In this document: positions 53,655 to 64,000 of the stretch, one piece after another | Numbering within the stretch: the stretch's first letter is position 1 | Layout of the letters: the number at the start of each line of letters is the position of its first letter | DNA from: the human T2T-CHM13v2.0 reference genome, Homo sapiens | Length of the DNA stretch: 64,000 nucleotides | Strand: one strand, 5' to 3' | Assembly (NCBI RefSeq): GCF_009914755.1 | Contig: NC_060935.1 | Translations under genes and position numbers: made by a program | The notes under the pieces: generated by a model | What the model was told of the DNA's origin: nothing | The model's database searches: none | Seen by the model: the letters and a program-made list of their open reading frames with translations, nothing else

Positions 53655-54020
53655 AAAGGAATTGCCAGTCACCCCAGCCTTCAACAACCACCACCCTGAT
53701 CAGTCAGCAGCCATCAACATCAAGGCAAGATCTTCCACCAGCAAAAAGATTATGACTCACTGAAAGCTCAGATGATCATTGGCATTTTTTATCAATAAAG
53801 TATTTTTAATTAAGATATGTACATTTTGGTTTTAGACATAATGCTATTGCACACTTAATAGACTACAGTTAAGTGTGCAATGGTGCAAATATAACTTTTA
53901 CATGCACTATAGTGTAAATATAACTTTGATATGCACTGGGAAACAAAACAAATTCATGTGACTCACTTTGTTGGGATGTGTCTGGAGCCAAACCTGCAAC
54001 GTCTCTGAGGTATACCTGTA
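53655..54020 (+). mobile_element. Tigger1 3' fragment
   Basis: ccccagccttcaacaaccaccaccctgatcagtcagcagccatcaacatcaaggcaaga...; terminal tctctgaggtatacctgta. Confidence 0.85.
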
Positions 54021-54270
54021 ATTCTAAATGTTCTAGTAGCAAAAAGCAAAAAGAAATAGATGAACTTAATTGTAATAACATTTTATTTAACCCTATATAT
54101 AAAGTGTTATTGTTTCAACATGTAATCAATATAAAATATTAATGAGACATTATATTCCTTTTTGTATTTCCAAATCTGGTGTGTATTTTATGCTTACAGC
54201 ATTTTTCCATCCAGACTAGCCATTTTTATGTGCTCAAAAGCCCCATGAGGTCAGTGCCTATGGTATAAGA
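54021..54270. mobile_element. MER3/MER33-like fragment
   Basis: tcaacatgtaatcaatataaaatattaatgagac...aaatctggtgtgtattttatgcttacagca. Confidence 0.65.
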
Positions 54271-54365
54271 TAATACAAATGTATAGTCTGAATAAGAGAC
54301 TCTGAGTTTTTTTTTTTTTTTTTTTTTTCCTGAGACGGAGTCTTGCTCTGTCGCCCAGGCTGTAG

Positions 54366-54491
<126 letters not shown>

Positions 54492-56335
54492 TAGTAGAGA
54501 TGGGGTTTCACCATGTTGGCCAGGCTGGCCTTGAACTCCTGACCTCTGGTGATCCATCCACCTCAGCCTCCCAAAGTGCTGGGATTACAGGCGTGAGCCA
54601 CAGCTCCTGGCCTGAGACTCTGAGTTTTCTATCATAGATCACATTGTAGATGAAAAGTTTTTTTTTTAAAAAAAAGAGACTCTGAGTTTTCAGAAGAAAG
54701 GATTATGCCATTTTGTGTTGTAGGAAAAGACATCCCCATTGTTTCACAAGTGGTCGCATGATCAGAAATCCATATATGTTCGTGTCTCCTTACATTTTTT
54801 TTCTTTTTTCTTTGTTTTCATTTCACAAGTAACACATGCATATATATATTTTTTTCTTTTTTGTTTTTTGAGACAGAGTCTCGCTCTGTCACCCAGGCTG
54901 GAGTGCAGAGGCACGATCTGGGCTCACTGCAACCTCCACCTCCCAGGTTCAAGCCATCCTCCCACCTCAGCCTCCTGAGTAGCTAGGACTACAGACCCAC
55001 ACGCCCAGCTAATTTTTGTATCTTTTTGTAGAGATGGAGTTTTGCCCAGGCCCGTCTCGAACTCCTGAGTTCAAGCAATCTGCCCACCTCAGCCTCCCCA
55101 AGTGCAGGGATTAAAGGCGTGAGCCACTGCACCCAGCCAATATATTTTAAGAAAAGTCAAGCCATAAATTGCTCCTTAACCTCCCCTAATACTGCTGCAT
55201 TCCCCAGAGGTAACCTTAGTTCTCTATCAGTTGAGTATAAATCCTTCCATACATTTACATGCATAGATATGTTTTATTATATTTTACATAAATATTATAG
55301 AGTAATATTTTTCTGCATCTTGCTTTTTTTCACATAGCAGAATTACTTAATGCTTTTTCCATGCAAGTACACAGATCTATTTCTTTTTTTTTAGTGATTA
55401 CATAATATTCCATAACCATTTTCCTACTTCAGGGCTTTTTGGCTGTTTATAATTTATTTTTTCACTATTACTAATAATGTTCTAATAAGCATTCTTGTAA
55501 TCACCCCATGTACATTGTGTGAGTCTTTTTCTGCAGTAGATAAAAAGAAATGTATTTTCTGGGCCAAAGGGAATCTACATCTTCAATTTTAGTGGATACT
55601 GCCAAGCTGCCCTCCAAAAAGGAAGTACCAATTCACACCTCACCTACAGAGTGAGGATGTTTGTTTTATCACACTCTTCCATACACTGAATCTTATTTTT
55701 ATTTTAAGTAGGGGTATTCAGAAGTGTGAGTCTTTTAAGCAATGATACAAAAGCAATAAAAAAAAAGATCTGTTCAAATTTATTTGACAGCATTCTTCTA
55801 TGAATATGCAGACTCAATTTGAGACCCAGAGTGAGTCACTGATCAATTTTAAACAAAACACTGAGAATCCAATGACATCATTGTGTCTCTCTGGGGGTGT
55901 CAGACTCTAAAGTAAGTGACAACTGAATATAGTCGCTATTGCCCTAGAACAGCAATCCCTTAACAGGTGCCATAATGGAGACCCATGTACCCTCTCTCTG
56001 TGAACAGTAGAAGCTCCTCTGTCTTCCCACCTCCCTCTGAGCCACTCTGGAGCAGTGAGGCAGGCACACCCACCCCTATTCCCACGACTTCAATTCTCTT
56101 TCTTTGCCAAGCTCATCGAGTGGGATTCAGGTAAGTTTTTCTCTCTTTCTTTCCTTTTTTTTTTTTTCCTGAGACAGAGTCTCACTCTGTTGCCCAGGCT
56201 GGAGTGCAGTGGCGCAATCATGGCTCACTGCAAACTCCACCTCCTGCGCTCAAATGAGTCTCGTGCCTCAGCCTCCTGAGTAGCTGGGACTATAGGCCTG
56301 CCATCATGCCTGACTAATTTTTGTATTTTTAGTAG

Positions 56336-56533
<198 letters not shown>

Positions 56534-58071
56534 TGACCAGGGCAAATCTCACCTTTGGTTTTCAGGAATTTCAGGAAAGTACCTTTGTGACGCTCAGAGG
56601 GCCCCTGCATGGCCCAAGTGTGGCCACAAAGCCATATTTTTCTCAGACACACACAGTCCTCTCTTCACAATCCCAGGGAGAATTCTGTGACTCTGTGGGC
56701 TGAACAGATAAAGCCTTGCTTTCATTTTGGATACCCAGGGAGAGATTAAGGCACTCTCACTGTCCTTGCTCTTAATTACAACTCAGTGTATCACAACTAC
56801 TATTGTTTTCATAGCATTATTTTGAGTACTATATTGCCTTTTTCTTATAATAGTCTTAGACAAAGGAAGGGCAGTATGATCAAGACAAAGGCTTCCTTCA
56901 TGGACTTTCTCCTGGGACTAGGGGGTGACACTCAGGCAGGCAGCCTCCTGGCATCCCTGGGGAAGGGCAGCAGATGAGCTACCACATCATCAAGAAGCAT
57001 TTACCTCAGAGAACTTGCCACTGTCTGATCCTCAGCTTTGAGCCTCCAGAATTTGGTTTTCTGAACATCCCAAATAAGATACAGCATGTGCAGGCAAATT
57101 CATATTAGTTCCACGCTACGAGTAACTATCTAAAAACCAGAATCCATGCATTGATTTGTTTGCTCTTCAAACTTTGACTGACACTGGGCCTGAGCCTGTC
57201 CAGATCCAAGCTCTGAATAGAATGAATAAAATAGGCTCAGTCCAGGCTCTTACAGAACCTACAGTCTACTGAGAGAAACACATAGACCATTCCAACCCAG
57301 TGAGCTGAGTGTCACAGGAGGGGATGCACAGAACGCTATCAAAGCAATGAGAGGAGGCAAAACCCTGAAGAAGTGGTGTATTTAACATGCGGGCAGCAGG
57401 GAAGGGAAAGAGTCAGTATGAAGTGAGATTACCATGGGCAACGGGGAGAATGATTGCTAGAGCAAGGTCTTAAGGAAACAGAACTAAACTGGGACCAGAA
57501 CACAATGGGAAGGCTGGCCTTGGGAAGAAAGAGGGTCTCTTTCCTAAGCCAGGAAGGAAGGAGGAAAGGATAGCCAGGGACACATGGGATTATAGGATGG
57601 GCGGGAGGCAGTTTCTGGTTGTGCAATCTATTAGGGGGGCAAGGGACTAGGAGGGAGGTTGACTATTGAAAGTGAGGAGGAGGTTCTGGGGTTCTAGCTT
57701 TGTCAAAGATTATAATAGGGACCGTGGGAGAATGTGAGGCATATGGGAATGAAAAATAGAAGCGATTCACTGAGAGGGTCTAGGAGCCTGCTGTGATTTT
57801 ACTCTGATCCCAGCACGCAAGGCCAGGTGCTCTCCCTCAGCGCCCACATCTCTAGTGAATCCATAGGCAGGTGGATTTACCAGGCTCATGTTTTCAGCAA
57901 CCTGGCCCCACTCTATAGACAGACCAAGGAGTTGGATGAAGAGGCACATGAAGAGCAGAGAGAGATAACAGATGGATGGGGGGTGGGGGGGGGAAGAAAA
58001 ACAACTTATTCCTAGGTTCCTCATCTTGGTAAGGATTGTCGCCAAGCATTCACAACTGAAGTCAGAAACTA

Positions 58072-58386
<315 letters not shown>

Positions 58387-58671
58387 CTACCATCTCTTTG
58401 GTTCTTTGGTTCATCCACTTCTTTTCCTTTCTTTTCTTTTTTTTTCTTTGAGACGGGGTCTCGCTCTGTCACCCAGACTGGAGGGCAGTGGCTTTGACCA
58501 TGGCTTACTGCAATTCCACCTCTCGGGTTCAAGTGACTCTCATGCCTCAGCCTCCCAAGTAGCTGGGATTACAGGCGTGCACCACCACACTAGGCTAATT
58601 TTTGTATTTTTAGTAGAGATGGGGTTTCACTATGCTGGCCAGGCTGGTCTCAAACTCACGACCTCAGGTGA

Positions 58672-58782
<111 letters not shown>

Positions 58783-59251
58783 TAATTCCGTGATTATAGG
58801 ACAGGTCACTTTACATCAGAGTTGTTTTAGAGCTGGAGTTAAACACTCCAATGGCTTCTAGGACCAGAAAATAACTGAGTGGTGCTGCCAGGGAGTGTGG
58901 CACCTTGGAAAGACTCTTTTTGTGTAACAGGAAAGGAGAGCACTGCCCATGAAGAAATGTGGGTTCACTATTTTGCTAGATATTTCTATATCCTTAAGAA
59001 AAACCTAAAATAGTTTTAGAGAGAAATACCCTGACTTTTAAATGAAGAAAACTATTCAAACTTAAAATAAAACTGTTGGCTGGGTGCGGTGGCTCACGCC
59101 TGTAATCCCAGCACTTTTGGAGGCCGAGGTGGGCGGATCACAAGGTTAGGAGTTCAAGACAAGCCTGGCCAACATAGTGAAACCCTATCTCTACTAAAAA
59201 TATGAAAATTAGCTGGACATGGCGGTGCTTGCCTGTAGTCCCAGCTACTCA

Positions 59252-59467
<216 letters not shown>

Positions 59468-59662
59468 CTACAGGGATGAGTAGATCCACGATAAAGCAAC
59501 AGCAAAATATTAATTGTAGCATCATTCTCAATTCCCCCTCAGCTTGGTGATGCATACACGTACAGTTTTTTCAACTGTTCTGTAAGCTTCATTAAAAAAT
59601 GAAGGGACATTTTTAATTTTTTATTTTTTTTAGACTGAGTCTCACTCTGTTGCCCGGGCTGA

Positions 59663-60117
<455 letters not shown>

Positions 60118-60210
60118 TCAGGAGGCCAAGGCAGAAGAATCACTTGAACCTGGGAAGTGGAGGTTGCAGGGAGCTGAGATCGTACTACTGCACTCCAGCT
60201 TGGGCAACCG

Positions 60211-60277
60211 GAGAGAAAAGAAAGAAAGGAGAGAAAGAGAGAGAGAAAGAGAGAGGAAGGAAGGAAGGAAGGAAGGG
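60211..60277 (+). repeat. GA-rich Alu tail ending in (GGAA)5
   Basis: GGAA x5 at 60255-60274. Confidence 0.9.
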
Positions 60278-60458
60278 CGGGCCCATGGGACCTTCTGGGA
60301 CTTCTGTTACAAATTGTAATGGACTTGATGAAAGTAAGGTGGGGTAAATGAGAACAACATAAAGGACACAGAACGCAGTCCCTAGGACACTTAGTAAGTA
60401 TCAGGTTTTATTATTATCATTTGGAATGGAGGAAATGGGTACAGACTGGGGGACATGA

Positions 60459-60758
<300 letters not shown>

Positions 60759-61010
60759 TGAGGGATTTCAGCAGATTTTCATTACAGTGTCCACCCTGAA
60801 AGTGTAGGGGCCAGAGTTCCACGCTGGTTAATCTCTCTTGCTGTGTGAACTTATACCTGTAATTTCCACCTCTGCACCTCACATTGCTTGTTTTGAAACT
60901 ATGAGAATTGAACTCTAAGGTCCCCTGAAGTTTAGAAGTCCTGCTGGATGAAGCCCCTTTCCTGTTCCTGCCTACATTCTTCTTTCCCTGGACGCCTTAC
61001 TTACGTAAAA

Positions 61011-61030
61011 ACTACATTTCCCATGAGCAC
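61011..61030 (+). promoter_or_regulatory. ZNF143/THAP11-type ACTACA-SBS element
   Basis: ACTACATTTCCCATGAGCAC matches ACTACAnnTCCCA plus SBS, about 90 bp upstream of the RPS3 TSS. Confidence 0.8.
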
Positions 61031-61135
61031 CCACAGGCGTGCACGCAGCGCAGCCCTCCGTCGTCGCTCGCGCCCTTTATACTCACTTCCGCCCGCGAGC
61101 CACTTCCTTTCCTTTCAGCGGAGCGCGGCGGCAAG

Positions 61136-61165
61136 ATGGCAGTGCAAATATCCAAGAAGAGGAAG
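61136..61165 (+). CDS. RPS3: 40S ribosomal protein S3 (uS3), coding exon 1 ([10 protein letters not shown])
   Basis: ATG at 61136 translates to the RPS3 N-terminus; donor AAG|gtgagc at 61165/61166. Confidence 0.99.
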
Positions 61166-61978
61166 GTGAGCCTCTGGGGACTGGGTTCGGAGAACGACGG
61201 CGCCGCGCGGGTCGAGGGCTTCTCGGGGTGCCACCGCGAGGCCTGCAGCTCCGTGGCCTGCCCTGGAAGCGGCCTAGGCTTCCTGGCGTTCCTGCGGGCC
61301 GCGGATGGCGGTGGATTGAGTGAGAGGCCCCAGCCAGGAGGGCGCTGTGTGGCCGGGTTCCAAGTGAAGCGCAGAGAGATGGGCACCAGGCGCCCCTTCT
61401 GTCCCGGAGAAGGCGTTTGTGAGCATTTGTCGGTCAACGGAATTAGTAAACGTGGTATTTTGAGGGCGTGTGTCATTTCCCTCATGTCTTATCCCGTGGT
61501 TTTGGGAAGAGAAGGCAGCAGTGTATTCTTGCCTTAACTGGTCGTTTCTGGGTACAGTCCGCTGGCCCCAGGACCTCAACTTGAAGGGTTGCTGACGGTT
61601 GCTTGCTCCGTCTGGGGACCCCGGGAGGAAGCTGCCTCGGATTTAACGCCTTGTCATTACATGGGATAGAACTGTGTAAAAATCATTAGCTTTAAAAATA
61701 GACAGTTTGTCATTTCGTATATACACTTCGATGTCAAAATTAAATCCACAACTTCTCGAGAGTTAGGATTTGCCAGCTCTGTTGGTACCGTAAAGCCAAA
61801 TAACATGGCTGGGATTCTTTAGACGGTGCAGGTTGTGTCTACAAGTGAGAGAGCTTATATGTTAAGTCTACTATCTATTCCTTAACAGTGACAAGTACAG
61901 TGTCTTTGCTGTGCTGAATGAAGTGTAAATAGGCCATTAGAGCAGTTTCTTGTTTTGCATGTGGAACTGTTTTAAACC

Positions 61979-62126
61979 CTTCGATGAAGAGATGATGACG
62001 AGTCTGACTTGGGGATGTTCTCTTTGCCCAGGTGGCCTACTCTGTGCTGCGTTCTGTGGCACAGTTTAAAGAGCCCTGGTTGAAGTAATTTCCTAAAGAT
62101 GACTTAGAGGCATTTGTCTGAGAAGG
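61979..62126 (+). ncRNA. SNORD15A: C/D-box snoRNA U15A in RPS3 intron 1 (28S rRNA 2'-O-methylation guide)
   Basis: 148 nt. Terminal stem AACCCTTC (61975-61982)/GAAGGGTT (62122-62129); C-box-like ATGAAGA 61984-61990 and ATGATGA 61992-61998; D' CTGA 62004-62007; D CTGA 62118-62121 preceded by GAGGCATTTG, complementary to 28S CAAAUGCCUC. RPS3 is the known U15 host gene. Confidence 0.96.
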
Positions 62127-62281
62127 GTTGCTGCACTCCTGTTGGAACAAGGGTTTGGAACCATTGGTTGGAGGTATTTAGTTTTGGTGAGGGATGCATT
62201 GACTAATAAGACTAGACTGGCTCAGGCGAAAGTGAGCCTACACCGATCTCCTAATTTTGAACTTTGCTTTGTTTGGATTAG

Positions 62282-62413
<132 letters not shown>

Positions 62414-62416
62414 TAA

Positions 62417-62768
<352 letters not shown>

Positions 62769-62857
62769 AGGTTTATCCTTTATGAACTTAAGGGGACAGA
62801 CGGAACAGTGAATCTGGGCTTAGTGAATGTAATTGCTTCTTAAAAGCTAGATTTTAA

Positions 62858-63088
62858 GGCCAGGCGTAGGATCACTTAAGCTCAGGAATTCAAGATCAGC
62901 CGGGGCAACATGGGGAAACCCCCGCTCTACAAAAAATAAAAAAGGGTGTGGTGGTGCATGCATGTGGTCCCACCTATTCCAGAGGCTGAAGCAGGCGATG
63001 GCTTGAGCTCAAGAGGTTCAGGCTGCAGTGAGCCATTGGTGTGATCCAGCCTGGGTGACAGAGTGAGACCCTGTCTCAAAAAAAAAAG
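62858..63088 (+). mobile_element. Diverged, internally deleted Alu (J-like) in RPS3 intron 2
   Basis: Sense Alu with poly(A) at about 63078-63088. Confidence 0.85.
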
Positions 63089-63227
63089 CTGCGTTTTAAA
63101 AATTTTAGTTTTTGTCAATGAAAATTATATGCTTTGTGGCAGAGATTTTGCTACCACACATATATGCAAGATTTAAAGTTACATCTAGCATTTGTGAGAA
63201 TCTTGAATTGTCACTTTTCCCCCCCAG

Positions 63228-63321
63228 AACACAGAATGTTCTTGGTGAGAAGGGCCGGCGGATTCGGGAACTGACTGCTGTAGTTCAGAAGAGGTTTGGC
63301 TTTCCAGAGGGCAGTGTAGAG
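63228..63321 (+). CDS. RPS3: RPS3 exon 3 ([31 protein letters not shown])
   Basis: Acceptor ccccag|A and donor GAG|gtgagt; 94 nt. Exons 1-3 total 255 nt, so the frame is preserved. Confidence 0.99.
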
Positions 63322-63682
63322 GTGAGTGATTCTGGCATATGCCAGAGGTAATGGCTCTTCAGAATGATACTTCTAAAAACTCTCAACTTGGAGACTTTAA
63401 TTGTTTGTTCATTACAAATGGACTGGTATAACTGTTGAAATTCTCTTAATGAATAATGGGCTTAACTTTGTAAGCCTATTCTGCTAATGGCTGATGGTTA
63501 AAGGATTTTACATTCAACTTGGGTATAGAAATGATGCATATGATGGATTAACTGTCCCCATTGGTGTACTTGGCATGGCCAAAGGAGCCAGGGTGGGAGG
63601 GCAAGGAACCTGCATTGTGTGTAGGTGGTAGAAGTGCTTTAGGAATTGAGGGATACTGAAATTATATGCTGTATATGATGGT

Positions 63683-63843
63683 GGTGTCCGATCTTTTGGC
63701 CTCCGTAGGCTACGTTGGAAGAAGAAATGTCTTGGGCCACACTACTACTGGTAGCGCAAAAAATCACGATGTTGAATTTGTGTTGGGCCACAATCAAAGC
63801 CATCTCCTGGGCAGCATGCGGCCCGTGGGTTGGGCAAGCTTGG
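63683..63843. mobile_element. MER30-like DNA transposon in RPS3 intron 3
   Basis: ggtgtccgatcttttggcctcc...ttggaagaagaaatgtcttgggccacac...gaatttgtgttgggccac...gggcaagcttg. Confidence 0.75.
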
Positions 63844-63939
63844 TGTAGAAAGTGATACTTGTGTGGCAAATGCCAAATTTTCAACTTTCAGTTGAAAATA
63901 ATGGTGATGGTAACAGGATATCCCTTGCTTCCTTTAAAG

Positions 63940-64000
63940 CTTTATGCTGAAAAGGTGGCCACTAGAGGTCTGTGTGCCATTGCCCAGGCAGAGTCTCTGC
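63940..64000 (+). CDS. RPS3: RPS3 exon 4, truncated by the window end (LYAEKVATRGLCAIAQAESL...)
   Basis: Acceptor ctttaaag|CTT; in-frame uS3 sequence. Confidence 0.98.

Larger units (their letters stand above)
60990..61460 (+). promoter_or_regulatory. RPS3: RPS3 CpG-island promoter with 5'TOP/TCT initiator
   Basis: Pyrimidine tract CTTCCTTTCCTTTC at 61103-61116 (TSS about 61106); TATA-like TTTATA 61076-61081; ETS/GABP CACTTCCG 61084-61091; YY1-like CAAGATGGC 61132-61140 overlapping the ATG. Confidence 0.92.

Noticed and set aside
57040-57110. Minus-frame peptide NMNLPAHAV resembling Ski2-like helicase motif V
   Set aside because: The match is short, flanked by stops, and no other helicase motifs are nearby, so it is probably chance.
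61136-61537. 133-aa ORF starting [10 protein letters not shown], and the 63112-63351 ORF
   Set aside because: Both are read-through of RPS3 exons into introns; only the spliced exons are coding.
63322-64000. SNORD15B
   Set aside because: It is hosted in a later RPS3 intron beyond the window. The ATGATG text at about 63530-63545 lacks a matching guide, D box and stem.

Overview
This is hominoid, almost certainly human, genomic DNA matching the ARRB1-RPS3 interval (recalled as chr11q13.4). Bases 1-13181 are part of intron 1 of ARRB1 (beta-arrestin-1, minus strand). Its 20-nt coding exon 1 (MGDKGTR) sits at 13182-13201 inside a CpG-island promoter flanked by TG-rich tracts. About 47.7 kb of extremely Alu-dense intergenic DNA follows, with fragmented old L1s, a solo LTR3 (HERV-K HML-6), a MER34-like LTR, a 5'-truncated SVA, several DNA transposons and a strong CTCF motif. 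From about 61.1 kb the RPS3 gene runs on the plus strand: a TOP promoter, coding exons 1-3 and part of exon 4, with the C/D-box snoRNA SNORD15A (U15A) in intron 1. Almost all ORFs in the supplied track are Alu-derived or GC-rich shadow ORFs. I found no demonstrably new biological system. The best leads are a second (D') rRNA guide in SNORD15A, an SVA+Alu unit that may be a 3' transduction, nested insertions with intact target-site duplications (TSDs), a local non-TE duplication in ARRB1 intron 1, and weak hints of a divergent spliced transcript or relic exons upstream of RPS3. Repeat family names come from my recollection of consensus sequences, and repeat boundaries are approximate unless a TSD is quoted.
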